A stretch of 64,000 nt of DNA from Thermodesulfobacteriota bacterium. GTDB lineage: Bacteria; Desulfobacterota_D; UBA1144; Nemesobacterales; Nemesobacteraceae. Below the pieces are notes generated by a model. That model was not told the origin of the DNA. It ran no database searches and was given only the letters and a program-made list of their open reading frames with translations. Positions 6,693 to 16,445 of this stretch are shown here, piece by piece; position 1 is the stretch's first letter; the number at the start of each line of letters is the position of its first letter. Made by a program: the position numbers and the translations under genes. Location: assembly GCA_964291665.2 (NCBI GenBank), contig OZ219814.1, positions 359,525-423,524 on the forward strand, given 5' to 3'.

Positions 6693-7195
6693 TCCCCACT
6701 GAACCAGAACCTACAACACCCACCGAACCGGAGCAGCCGGAAAAGCCGGGGCCCGGCCAGATAACCGGATTAGAGGTAACAGAAGGGGTGGAGGAACTTT
6801 CGGTGTCATGGGATGAGTTTCCGGGGGCGAGCGGATACATAATCCGGTGGAAGTCCGAGGATTCGCAGGAGTTCGATCATGAGATGACCGTTACGGGAGA
6901 GAGTACGACAAGCTACACCATTACGGGTCTCGACCCGGAAATTAAGTACGTGGTGAGAGTGATGGCAACCGGCACCGAAAACCTGCCGTCGGAAGCTACG
7001 GGTGCTCCGAGAGCGAAGGATATTTCTGGTCCGCCACTAACCCAAGAGGCGGGACAGCAGGGTTGCGGAGCGTGCGCCATCGGTTCCGATGTTCCGGGAG
7101 AAGTCTCTCAAAGCGCCTTGCTTAATTTGCTTCTCGTCATGTCAGTGCTGCTTTTCGCTTCAAAAAGGGGAAGAACAAGGCCAGGGTCGGCGTAA
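6674..7195 (+). CDS. Pro/Glu/Thr-rich linker + FN3 + C-terminal Gly-Cys/hydrophobic/basic tail fragment
   Basis: 173-aa ORF. PTEPEPTTPTEPEQPEKPGPG linker, FN3 (LSVSWDEFPGASGYIIRWKS...YVVRVMA), and tail GCGACAIGSDVPGEVSQSALLNLLLVMSVLLFASKRGRTR. Confidence 0.6.
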   Translation: MEPGPIIPTEPEPTTPTEPEQPEKPGPGQITGLEVTEGVEELSVSWDEFPGASGYIIRWKSEDSQEFDHEMTVTGESTTSYTITGLDPEIKYVVRVMATGTENLPSEATGAPRAKDISGPPLTQEAGQQGCGACAIGSDVPGEVSQSALLNLLLVMSVLLFASKRGRTRPGSA

Positions 7196-7526
7196 GTTTC
7201 CAGGCAAGAGCCGCTGGCAAAAGCCGGCAGTCTGCAAGACTCCGGAGGATCTTCTTCTCTGCGGTTGCGGGAGACAGGCGCCGTCAACGGGTGAGTTTCG
7301 CTAAAACACGCGGAGGGTTGCCCGACGGAATGAACCGGTGGATTCGGGCATGGAAGGTTTTAGCCGAGTTAATCAGAAAGGACAGTTTCCCACCCACTCG
7401 TCCTTTACTTGAGAGTCCCAGCGTATCGGCAGCTTAAAAACCCCGTATTTATTCGCCCGGCTGACTCCCCGCAAAGGTGAAAAACCGCCGTTTTCCCCGC
7501 CGCCCGAGAGGTCTCGGCGGGGATAT

Positions 7527-7554
7527 TTGATTTAATCGAGAACTTGTTTATACT
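7527..7554 (+). promoter_or_regulatory. Candidate sigma70-type promoter of aceB-aceA
   Basis: TTGATT (7527-7532), 16-nt spacer, TATACT (7549-7554), about 50 nt upstream of the aceB start. Confidence 0.4.
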
Positions 7555-7602
7555 AGGCAGTTTTTATTCAATAATAACAGGCATCCGAGGAGCGAAGAAC
7601 AG

Positions 7603-9486
7603 ATGGGCACCACACTGCACATAAGAGACAACATAGAGCAATCCTACGGGGACGTGTACACGCCGGAGGCGCTTGAGGCCCTTGAATTCATGGCCCGCTA
7701 TAACGGCGAGCAGAAGGCCATCATGGAAAAAAGGACCCAGAGAAGAAAAAGGCGCTACGAATCCAAGGAAAGAATAACCTTTCTCGATCCAGATTCCCTC
7801 ATTCCGCGCACCAGTATCAAGGTCCGAGACGCAAGGGACGGAAAATTCGAGGGACCGGAGATTCCCCATGACCTGAAAAGACAGTGGATACAGGGAACCG
7901 GACCCGCGGCAAAACCGAACTCCCCTGTTGAAAAAAGCATAAGAAACGTCGCCTACGCACTTCTCTCGGGCGCGGACGGGTGGATGTTCGACGGAGAGGA
8001 CGCCCTGGGGCAGATCTCAACCATGTCCCTAGATAACCAGCGCAATCTAAAGCTCGCGATCGCGAGGGACGAGGTGTTCATGAGGACCGCGGAAGGCGTG
8101 GCCGGGGAGATGAACAGGTGGGGACAGAGCTTCTTCGGACACGACATAATAGAGGACTGGGAAAAGCAGCTTGACTTCACCACGGTCATTTTCAGGGCGA
8201 GGGGACTTCACCTCGATGACCGCCACATACGCGACGCAGACGGCGTAGCGCTTTCTGCTTCCGTGGTCGACATTACTCTCTTTGTCGTTAACAACTACAG
8301 GGAGCTCGCCAGGAGAAACTCATCCATAGTCCTTTACCTCCCGAAGATCCAGACCGCCGAGGAAGCGGCGCTCTGGAACGAGATGCTCTCGGCCCTTGAG
8401 GGCCACGTCGGGCTTCCCGAAGGCACGATAAAGGTGTACGTGCTTATAGAGCAGCTTGAGGAGACGTTCCAGCTAATGGAGATAAGGGCAGCCCTCGGGA
8501 AACACTTCGTCGGATTTAACACCGGCAGATGGGATTACATAAACAGCGTCTCTGACGCCATGGCGTGGGATGAGGATTTCATTAACCCTAACATAGAGTC
8601 TATCACCATGACCTACGGATACATGAGAAACTACGAGGACCGCGTGAGAAGAGCCGTTAACACCCCGGACGTAAACGGGAACTTCGCGCTCTGGCAGGGA
8701 GGAATGGAGCCTAACATTCCCGTCGGGTCAAAGGAAGGGGTAGAGAGCAGCATGGAGAAGGCCTACGCCGGGGCCGTTAGGGAGCAGCAGGAAGGGGCAA
8801 GCGGCAAATGGGTCGCCCACTGGAAGATGGTTCACATAATAAGACCCGTGTGGGAGAAGGAGGGCGAGGAGAACCAGCTCGGAAGGGAGTTTCCCCCGCT
8901 TACCTACACCCAGGAGGACTCAGACGGCCTCATACTCCTTGAGCCCGCCCCGAGAACCATAAGGGGAGCCCGCAACCTGCTTAGCGTGGGACTTCAGTAC
9001 GGAAACGCGTTCGGCCAAGGATTCCAGGCCGCGGCGCTTAAGCCCGCCGATTTCTTCGGAAACGACGACATCCTCTACCTGATGGAGGACGCCGCCACCG
9101 GGGAGATAAGGCTGAGCATTCTCTGGGAGTGGGTACACAAGGGAGCAAAGCTCACCGAGGACGACCCCGAGACCGGGCTTAATGCCGGGGACACTTTCAC
9201 CGCGGAGGTTTTCGAGAGGCTGCTCGAGGAAGAGTACGCAAAGCTCCAGGCGGCAAGCGACAGGGACGTGCACGACATCTCAAAGCCCACCACCCTTCCC
9301 ATAGCCAGGCAGATAGTGAGGGCCTACGTGCTTGACGACGTGAAGGTGCCGTGGTACATAGACCTGCTCAACATAAACCTAAACAACCACGACCATGACG
9401 TGGCCTCGCAGAGAATCGAACTCTACATGACGGAGTTTGCGGGCAATGACAGGAGAATCACCGAGAACCTCGATTTCGTAATCTAG
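7603..9486 (+). CDS. aceB: Malate synthase (A-type, with insertions)
   Basis: 627-aa ORF. Blocks match E. coli AceB by eye: [69 protein letters not shown] and [19 protein letters not shown]. Confidence 0.93.
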   Translation: MGTTLHIRDNIEQSYGDVYTPEALEALEFMARYNGEQKAIMEKRTQRRKRRYESKERITFLDPDSLIPRTSIKVRDARDGKFEGPEIPHDLKRQWIQGTGPAAKPNSPVEKSIRNVAYALLSGADGWMFDGEDALGQISTMSLDNQRNLKLAIARDEVFMRTAEGVAGEMNRWGQSFFGHDIIEDWEKQLDFTTVIFRARGLHLDDRHIRDADGVALSASVVDITLFVVNNYRELARRNSSIVLYLPKIQTAEEAALWNEMLSALEGHVGLPEGTIKVYVLIEQLEETFQLMEIRAALGKHFVGFNTGRWDYINSVSDAMAWDEDFINPNIESITMTYGYMRNYEDRVRRAVNTPDVNGNFALWQGGMEPNIPVGSKEGVESSMEKAYAGAVREQQEGASGKWVAHWKMVHIIRPVWEKEGEENQLGREFPPLTYTQEDSDGLILLEPAPRTIRGARNLLSVGLQYGNAFGQGFQAAALKPADFFGNDDILYLMEDAATGEIRLSILWEWVHKGAKLTEDDPETGLNAGDTFTAEVFERLLEEEYAKLQAASDRDVHDISKPTTLPIARQIVRAYVLDDVKVPWYIDLLNINLNNHDHDVASQRIELYMTEFAGNDRRITENLDFVI

Positions 9487-9530
9487 GTTCCCGAAGAAAC
9501 AACCATCTTTATTTTCAGGAGAACATATCC

Positions 9531-11801
9531 ATGAGCCAGTTAGAAGCTGAGATACGGAAGACGAAGAGGTATTTCTCAAGCAGGCGCTTTAGGGGAATAA
9601 CCCGTCTTTACTCGCCCCGCCAGGTGGTGGAGCAGAGAGGAACCATAAGAAGGGACTACTCTATCGCGAAAAACGCCGCGGAGGCATTCTACAAGAGACT
9701 CCGCGAGCTTTTCGCGGAGAAAAAGCAGATAACGTCCTTCGGTCCCTATTCGCCCGGACAGGCGGTCATGATGAAAAGAAAGGGAATAGAGGGCATATAT
9801 CTCGGCGGATGGGCCACGTCGGCCAAGGGATCGATCGGCGAGGACCAGGGAGCGGATCTCGCAAGCTATCCGCTGAGCCAGGTGCCGGACGAGGCGGCCC
9901 CCATAGTGAGGGCTCTTCTCGCCGCGGACAAAAACCAGAGATACAACCGCGCGAGGATGACCGAGAAGGAAAGGCAGCAGACGCCCGAGATCGACTACAG
10001 CCCCTTCATAGTCGCCGACGCGGACACGGGACACGGCGGGGACGCCCACGTGAGAAACCTTGTCAGAAGGTTCGTCGAGGCCGGCGTCACGGGCTATCAC
10101 ATAGAAGACCAGAAGCCCGGAACCAAGAAATGCGGTCACCAGGGCGGAAAGGTTCTCGTGCCTTCTGATGAGCAGATAAAAAGACTTAACGCCGCCCGCT
10201 TTCAGCTCGATATAATGGAAGTGCCGGGGATAATAGTTTCAAGGACCGACGCCGAAGCCGCCACCCTTCTTGACGGAAACGGGGACGAGCGCGACCAGCC
10301 GTTTGTCCTGGGAGCGACCAAACTCAATATCCCGAGCTACAAGAACGCCTATCTCACGATCCTTAAAAGGATCCACGAGGGGGGCGTAAAGGAGATAAAC
10401 GGACACAAGCTCTACAAGATAAGCAAGGAGACCTACGCGGAAACGGACAGCTGGCTTGAGGAAACCGGAATAGCGTCGTTTATAGACGAGAACATAGAGG
10501 CGATGAAGGGGGACACCCAGGAGCTTGAGACCGCCTTGGATTCCGTAGTCACCAAGTTCGTCGAGATATGGGAAGAGGAATCCGGCCTCAGCACCTTCGG
10601 CGAAACGATAGAGACGCTCATGGAGTTTAACATGGAGCAGGGCATTGAATTCGACATGACCGTCGAGCAGTGGAGGGAGTTTGCCAGGACCGCTTCCACG
10701 AAAGACGCTATGGAGAAGGCCGATTCCCTGGGAATCGATTACATATGGGATCCCGAGATTTCAAGAACGCCCGAAGGGTACTACCAGGTAAAGGGCGGTA
10801 TAGAATACGCGATCGCCAAATCTCTTGCCGTGGCGCCTTTTGCCGACCTGCTCTGGATGGAGACCAAGACTGCGGACCTTGAGGACGCAAGGCAGTTCGC
10901 AGACGCTATCCACGAGGTTTTTCCGGACAAGATGCTTGCCTACAACCTCTCTCCCTCCTTTAACTGGGACACGACGGGAATGACCGACGAGGAGATGAAG
11001 AAATTCCCCGAGGAGATAGGAAAGCTCGGCTTCGTGTTCGACTTCATAACCTACGGAGGCCACCAGATAGACGGCATGGCCGCAGAAGAGTTCGCGACCG
11101 CGCTCATGGAAGACGGCATGCTCGCCCTGGCGCGCGTGCAGAGAAGACTGAGGCTCATAGATTCGCCTTACAAGACTCCGCAGACCCATGTCGGGGGACC
11201 CCGCATGGACGGAGCGCTCGTGGCAAGTTCCGGAAGAACCGCGACCACGAAGGCAATGGGCAAGGGCTCGACCCAGTTCCAGCACCTGGTTCAGACGGAG
11301 ATTTCCATCAACCTTCTCGAGGAGTGGCTTGAGGCCTGGGCAAGGCACAACAAGCTCAAGGACACCCTCTCCGCCGAACTTAAGCCCCATACCGTGGGAA
11401 CTTTCGTTCTCGAGCTTAACATCCTAAACGGCAAGGGCGAGAAGGTGGCGGACGTCATATTCGAAATACTGCAGGACAGGAAGGGAGAGAAGATACTGAC
11501 TGTGAGGGACGAAAACATTGCTGAGGCCCTTCGCCAGAAACGCCTCGCGACCCTGCTTCACCTGTTCCTGATTCACCGCTACAGAACGGATTTCGTGCAT
11601 TACGTAAGCCCCACGGAAGACAACCTCATGCAGACCAAGGGTATGATGAGGCTCGGGATCTACGAATCGGTCAACACCGAAGTCGGTCACATAATAGTGG
11701 CGAAGACAAACGTCGAATACGTAAAGGAGCTGCTTAGCCCCGATCGCAGGGAACTCAAGAAGCTCATCGCGAAAAAGACCGGCAGACGCAAGAAGAAGTA
11801 A
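9531..11801 (+). CDS. aceA: Isocitrate lyase, long form (about 750 aa, ICL2/eukaryote-like)
   Basis: 756-aa ORF. ICL signature [12 protein letters not shown] and DADTGHGG, with a large internal insertion and a C-terminal extension relative to 430-aa bacterial ICL. Confidence 0.93.
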   Translation: MSQLEAEIRKTKRYFSSRRFRGITRLYSPRQVVEQRGTIRRDYSIAKNAAEAFYKRLRELFAEKKQITSFGPYSPGQAVMMKRKGIEGIYLGGWATSAKGSIGEDQGADLASYPLSQVPDEAAPIVRALLAADKNQRYNRARMTEKERQQTPEIDYSPFIVADADTGHGGDAHVRNLVRRFVEAGVTGYHIEDQKPGTKKCGHQGGKVLVPSDEQIKRLNAARFQLDIMEVPGIIVSRTDAEAATLLDGNGDERDQPFVLGATKLNIPSYKNAYLTILKRIHEGGVKEINGHKLYKISKETYAETDSWLEETGIASFIDENIEAMKGDTQELETALDSVVTKFVEIWEEESGLSTFGETIETLMEFNMEQGIEFDMTVEQWREFARTASTKDAMEKADSLGIDYIWDPEISRTPEGYYQVKGGIEYAIAKSLAVAPFADLLWMETKTADLEDARQFADAIHEVFPDKMLAYNLSPSFNWDTTGMTDEEMKKFPEEIGKLGFVFDFITYGGHQIDGMAAEEFATALMEDGMLALARVQRRLRLIDSPYKTPQTHVGGPRMDGALVASSGRTATTKAMGKGSTQFQHLVQTEISINLLEEWLEAWARHNKLKDTLSAELKPHTVGTFVLELNILNGKGEKVADVIFEILQDRKGEKILTVRDENIAEALRQKRLATLLHLFLIHRYRTDFVHYVSPTEDNLMQTKGMMRLGIYESVNTEVGHIIVAKTNVEYVKELLSPDRRELKKLIAKKTGRRKKK

Positions 11802-12092
11802 CGGGGCGGCGGACTGAAAAGATTCTGTTTTTGTACGTGCTCAAGGTGAAAAGTGTTGCTTTTCGCCTTGGGCACAGCTTTTTGTCTGCTCCTTCCGCGA
11901 GATATCGCTTACTGATCAAATCTCGCTTCCCGAGTGACTGTCGTATCTTCCCACCACTACAGCTTCAAAGAAAAAAACCGCAGAGTATATTTTTTGTAGT
12001 AATCGATACTGAAAACTGTATTCTAATCTGTTCAGAAAAGGGGCAGTGTTTCTACACGCCTCCTGAAAAAATACGGAATCGAGGGTAATGCG

Positions 12093-13466
12093 ATGCCGGT
12101 TAACGTCAAAAAAACTGTAAGGAGAATAGACAGGGCTCTTAAGAAAGGGAACTGGGATGCCGTAAGAAGCATAACCCAGTCCATGCACCCCTCAGAGATA
12201 GCGTCCCTTATACAGGCTTCTTCGCGGAAAGAAAAGCATCTCATCCTCGAGGCCCTCGACGCTGAAGTAGCATCCGAGGTCTATTTCCAGCTTAACCCTG
12301 AGGAACGCGTAAGCATACTGAAGCCCTTGCGGGAGGCTTCCCTCACCGCGATGGCCGAAGAAATGGAATCGGATGACGCCGCCGACTTCCTGGGAGAACT
12401 AGCGGAAGATGTGGCGAAGAAGGTTCTCGAAGCCATGGATCCGGAAAAACGCGAGGAGGTGACGCCGCTTCTAAAGTATCCCCAAGATTCCGCGGGCGGA
12501 ATCATGCAGACCGAGGTTCTTAAAAGTCCGCACGACGCCACCTCGAGAGAAACCGTTGAACTCATAAGGCAAATCGAGGAAGAAGACGAAGACGACGTAG
12601 AGGACCTTCATATGGTCTACGTGGTAAACGAAACGGGGAGACTCGTCGGAAGGGTATTCCCGCTTAAGCTATCGACGGCGGCGCCCGATTCTCCCCTCTG
12701 GACCATAATGGACCCGGTCGAGGTCACAGTCACTCCGGAAATGGACCAGGAGGAAGTAGCCAAAATCTTCAGAAAATACGACGAAGTGTCGCTTCCCGTG
12801 GTAGACAGTGCCGGAGCGCTGCTCGGTAGGATAACCGCCGACGACATACTCGACGTCATATCCGAAGAGGCTGGAGAAGACATATACAAACTCGGAGGTA
12901 TAACCGGCGAGGGACTGCACCCTGTACACACGTCCATATACGACAACGTGAGGCTGAGAGCTCCGTGGATAATGCTGGCCCTCGCGGGAGAACTTGTCCT
13001 GGCTATTATAATAATGCAGAAGTTTCAGACCACTCTTGAGAATTTCATCGTACTCGCGGCCCTGCTTCCCCTGGTCATGGCTACGGGCGGAAACGTGGGG
13101 GTTCAGACAAACACTATCACCGTCAGAACAATAGCCACCGGTGATTTCGTTAAAAGCCAGATAAAAGATCTTCTTCTGGGAGAACTCAAGGTGGGATTGG
13201 TTCTGGGGATCATAAGCGGCATTTTGGGTTCCCTGATCGGACTTCTGCTGAATACCGCGGAGGCTGATGTTACAAGATTGTTTCTGGTAATATTCGCGGG
13301 GATCGTAGGAGCCACGCTTACAACTTCGTTCCTTGGAGTCGCGGGCCCGCTGGTTCTTAACAAGCTAAAGATGGACCCGGCGGTATCATCGGGACCGTTT
13401 CTCGTCACGTTCAACGATATATTCGGTAGCGCTTTCTACCTTTTCCTAGGCGCTGCGCTGCTCTGA
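12093..13466 (+). CDS. mgtE: Magnesium transporter MgtE
   Basis: 457-aa ORF. N-terminal MgtE_N-like acidic domain, CBS pair (VYVVNETGRLVGRV..., LPVVDSAGALLGRITADDILDV), and C-terminal TM domain with GGNVGVQ. Confidence 0.92.
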   Translation: MPVNVKKTVRRIDRALKKGNWDAVRSITQSMHPSEIASLIQASSRKEKHLILEALDAEVASEVYFQLNPEERVSILKPLREASLTAMAEEMESDDAADFLGELAEDVAKKVLEAMDPEKREEVTPLLKYPQDSAGGIMQTEVLKSPHDATSRETVELIRQIEEEDEDDVEDLHMVYVVNETGRLVGRVFPLKLSTAAPDSPLWTIMDPVEVTVTPEMDQEEVAKIFRKYDEVSLPVVDSAGALLGRITADDILDVISEEAGEDIYKLGGITGEGLHPVHTSIYDNVRLRAPWIMLALAGELVLAIIIMQKFQTTLENFIVLAALLPLVMATGGNVGVQTNTITVRTIATGDFVKSQIKDLLLGELKVGLVLGIISGILGSLIGLLLNTAEADVTRLFLVIFAGIVGATLTTSFLGVAGPLVLNKLKMDPAVSSGPFLVTFNDIFGSAFYLFLGAALL

Positions 13467-13492
13467 AAAAGAAATTCCGCAGCACCGAAATG

Positions 13493-13567
<75 letters not shown>

Positions 13568-13603
13568 GAAAAAAACCAAGTCACGCATCAAATCACGAAG
13601 AAA

Positions 13604-13679
13604 TGGTCGGGGTGAGAGGGCTCGAACCTCCGACCTCAGCATCCCAAATGCTGCGCGCTCCCAGCTGCGCCACACCCCG
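13604..13679 (-). tRNA. tRNA-Pro (anticodon TGG)
   Basis: The reverse complement CGGGGTGTGGCGCAGCTGGGAGCGCGCAGCATTTGGGATGCTGAGGTCGGAGGTTCGAGCCCTCTCACCCCGACCA has anticodon loop TTTGGGA and an encoded CCA. Confidence 0.9.
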
Positions 13680-13746
13680 ATTCAAAAACGAATAATTATA
13701 ACGACAGGAACCGAAGAAAACAAAACCGTTGCCACGGTGAAAAGAC

Positions 13747-14640
13747 TCAGGAATCAGAAAGCCTGTGTCTCTTCCAGTACCTTATGAGACCTCCAGCGTT
13801 CATGTGGTAAGGAGTCATGAGATCGTACTTGCGGTAAACATCCTCGCTTGTGCCCTCACGCTCGAATATCTCTTTGAAGAAGACGCCAAACTCCTCTGTT
13901 ATTTCCTCATCGCTCTTTCCGGCTGACAATCTCTCGCCGATCCACTCAGACCACTCTTCAAGTTTTTCGGCGGCTGTGTCAAGCATGGGGCCCACATCCG
14001 TGTATCCACCGAAATGGGTAAGATAAATAATGTCGGGGGATATCTCCCTCATCTTCTCAATAGAAGCGTTCCACTTCTCAAGGTGTATCTCGGGAGGAGG
14101 AGTAGCCGGAATCATGGGACCGCCCGCCATCAGGCACCCCGCAGTATCCCCGGTAAAAAGGGCGTTCTCGATCAGGTAGCAGTGATGATGCCCGGCATGT
14201 CCGGCTGTCTCAACAACTTTTATTTCAACGCCTCCTATGTTGATGACCTGGCCATCCTCGATTGCAACCACGCTGTTTTGATCCATTCCCCTTACCTCGC
14301 CCCAGAGCTCATCCATTTTATCCCCGTATATCCTTGCGGCGGACCTCATGAGCTTCTCCGGGTCAATAAGGTGTGGAGCTCCCACCGGGTGAACGTATAT
14401 GGTGGATCCCGCTTCGGCGAAATGCCAAGCGGCACCCGAGTGGTCAAGATGAATGTGGGTTACGAACACGTGTTTTACGTCAGAGGGCGCGTAGCCGAGG
14501 TCCGAAAGACCGCTTTTAAGATTCTCAAACGACGTGTCGGGACCGGTTTCTATCAGCATCGGCCCCTCTCCGGTCTCTATGAGGTAAGACGCTACCGCCT
14601 CCGTTGTAAAGAAATTAACGTCAATTATCTTCAGGTCCAT
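13747..14640 (-). CDS. MBL-fold metallo-hydrolase
   Basis: 297-aa ORF with the metallo-beta-lactamase motif THIHLDHSGA and a downstream TAGHAGHH. Confidence 0.85.
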   Translation of the reverse strand: MDLKIIDVNFFTTEAVASYLIETGEGPMLIETGPDTSFENLKSGLSDLGYAPSDVKHVFVTHIHLDHSGAAWHFAEAGSTIYVHPVGAPHLIDPEKLMRSAARIYGDKMDELWGEVRGMDQNSVVAIEDGQVINIGGVEIKVVETAGHAGHHHCYLIENALFTGDTAGCLMAGGPMIPATPPPEIHLEKWNASIEKMREISPDIIYLTHFGGYTDVGPMLDTAAEKLEEWSEWIGERLSAGKSDEEITEEFGVFFKEIFEREGTSEDVYRKYDLMTPYHMNAGGLIRYWKRHRLSDS

Positions 14641-14671
14641 TTAGTTATGTCCTCCTGCGTTTGTTTCATTC

Positions 14672-15133
14672 TTAGAATCCAAAACGTAAACCCGCGTGAA
14701 AAGTAGTGTTGTTGATTGATGGTGAGTCTATTAGGTCGCTGCTTCTGGCAATCCCCAGTTTCAGCCTTGCGCTCTCGCCCAAGTTAACAAAACCCGCCAC
14801 GGCCAACGCGGTGTTTCCTACGCAAGGATCTCCGTCCTTTACCGGGTAAGACGTCCCGTTTGTATAGTGGCTGATGCCCATACCTAGTTTCACTCCCGCT
14901 ACCTTGAAGCCCGCTCCCCCCGTAAACACGCTGATATTATCAATCTCAGAGTACTTTTCATCAAACGGGGTATGCGACGCCGTTGCGTCAAACGTAACCT
15001 TCTGGTGAACGAGTTCCGGCACCGCGTGAATCGCAAGATTGTTGTTTTCAACCGTGCTGCAATCGTCCGCGGCCGCCAGCGTCGGCATAATAGCTACTAA
15101 GCCCGCTATCAAAATCAGATTGATTTTATACAT
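14672..15133 (-). CDS. Small outer-membrane beta-barrel-like protein (hypothetical)
   Basis: Signal peptide MYKINLILIAGLVAIMPTLAAA, alternating beta-strand pattern, and C-terminal ...AGLRFGF ending in an aromatic residue. AAGGAGG lies 7 nt upstream of ATG 15133, whereas the track starts at an upstream TTG (15151). Confidence 0.6.
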   Translation of the reverse strand: MYKINLILIAGLVAIMPTLAAADDCSTVENNNLAIHAVPELVHQKVTFDATASHTPFDEKYSEIDNISVFTGGAGFKVAGVKLGMGISHYTNGTSYPVKDGDPCVGNTALAVAGFVNLGESARLKLGIARSSDLIDSPSINNTTFHAGLRFGF

Positions 15134-15242
15134 TTCACTGCCTCCTTTCAAGAAACTTACATTTTCCCCTGATGATTAATCAATTACGACAAAATTTTTC
15201 TTCTTTTTGGCAATTCCGTAAAAATAATTTGTACGCTACTTC

Positions 15243-16403
15243 TCACGCACCGGCTTTCACCCGGCCTGAGTCAACGAGAAACGAGTGAAATTCCCCCCGA
15301 CGGGGTATCTCGTTCTTATCGGTCGAGGTGACGAATACCTGCCCGGTGAATTCCGAGAGAGTTCTGAAAAGAAAACTTCTGCGCTTTATGTCAAGCTCGC
15401 TCGTTATGTCGTCGAGAAGAAGTATTGGGTTAGTCCCCGTGTGTTCCTTAAAAAGCCTTATCTCTGAGGCCTTAAGCGCCAGAACCAGATTTTTCGACTG
15501 TCCCTGCGAGGCAAAGCGCGAAGCGTCCTGTCCGTTAAGCAGAAAACCGACCCGGTCCCTGTGGGGACCCACTGTCGTGTGCCCCCTTTTCCTGTCAGAA
15601 GGGAATTTTTTAGAAAGCTCTTCCCTTATCGCCTCTGCGATATCCGCCCCGCGTTCATACGAAAACCCGTAGCTAACACGCGCCGACATGTCTGATTCCC
15701 CGTGCTCCCCGTAAACCTCGGCGAGCTTGCGGTTAAAGCTTTTTATCATCTCGATGCGCCTGTCCACGATTTCGGCTCCGATTCTGGCTATCTGTTCGTC
15801 CCAGAGTTCCACGGAAAGCGGGGACACTTTCTCCTTTGATCCGAGCATGTGGTTTCTCTGGCTTACTGCCCTCTGGTAATCGCGAAGCTGCTTTATGTGG
15901 GCCGGGTGCACGGCGCTTACCACCGAATCGAGGTAATTCCTCCTCGCCTGAAGCCCGCCCTTCACTATTTCTATGTCCGAGGGAAGGAACAAAACGACCT
16001 TGAACCGGCCGAAATGCTGGCTTATGCTCCGCACGGTCTTTGAGTTAAGTCGGGTGTGGCGGCCCTCTTTCTTTATGGTTATGTGGACCTCATTGAGACC
16101 GTTTGCGGAAAGAATCTCCCCTTTAACGAGCGACGCCTCGCAGCCGAAGCGAACGAGCTCGGAGTTTTTCGCGCCCGAAAAAGGCCGCATCCCGCAGACA
16201 AGATAGATGGCCTCGAGAAGGTTGGTTTTCCCTTGGGCATTTCGTCCGTGAATGACGTTCAGTCCCGTATGGAACGGAAGGGAGAGGCTCTCGTAATTTC
16301 TGTAGTTCCTGAGGCTCAGATGTTTTAGCTGCACTTGACTCGCCGAGTGGTTTTCTCTGGAAAAAACCGCTTTCGCCCTTCCCTCGGGCGCTTTCTTGAC
16401 CAT
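15243..16403 (-). CDS. recF: DNA replication and repair protein RecF
   Basis: LKHLSLRNYRNYESL...VIHGRNAQGKTNLLEAIYL Walker A and C-terminal LLLDDITSELD. The true start may be GTG at 16334 (VQLKHLSL...), which would also widen the divergent intergenic region. Confidence 0.9.
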   Translation of the reverse strand: MVKKAPEGRAKAVFSRENHSASQVQLKHLSLRNYRNYESLSLPFHTGLNVIHGRNAQGKTNLLEAIYLVCGMRPFSGAKNSELVRFGCEASLVKGEILSANGLNEVHITIKKEGRHTRLNSKTVRSISQHFGRFKVVLFLPSDIEIVKGGLQARRNYLDSVVSAVHPAHIKQLRDYQRAVSQRNHMLGSKEKVSPLSVELWDEQIARIGAEIVDRRIEMIKSFNRKLAEVYGEHGESDMSARVSYGFSYERGADIAEAIREELSKKFPSDRKRGHTTVGPHRDRVGFLLNGQDASRFASQGQSKNLVLALKASEIRLFKEHTGTNPILLLDDITSELDIKRRSFLFRTLSEFTGQVFVTSTDKNEIPRRGEFHSFLVDSGRVKAGA

Positions 16404-16445
16404 AAAATTTTAAGCGTTAATATCTTTTTTGAAAGGTACTGACTT

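Noticed and set aside
7495-7522. GC-rich imperfect hairpin (ccccgcc...ggcgggg) followed by atatttgattt, as a terminator for the LRR locus
   Set aside because: The stem is interrupted by a 4-nt bulge with a tiny loop. It lies 300 nt past the stop and overlaps the proposed aceB -35 region. That is too weak to call.
11802-12092. Possible M-box (Mg2+) riboswitch upstream of mgtE
   Set aside because: I looked for the conserved M-box core (GTTAGGTGAGGC-like segment and paired helices) and did not find it. An Infernal scan would be decisive.
14014-14706. 230-aa plus-strand ORF antisense to the MBL hydrolase. Similar long shadows are at 10761-11390, 9576-10139, 51647-52282, 56090-56647, 48328-48819 and 48610-49134.
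   Set aside because: All lie entirely within well-supported genes in other frames or on the other strand. They have Arg/Ser/Pro-rich composition typical of GC-rich shadow ORFs.
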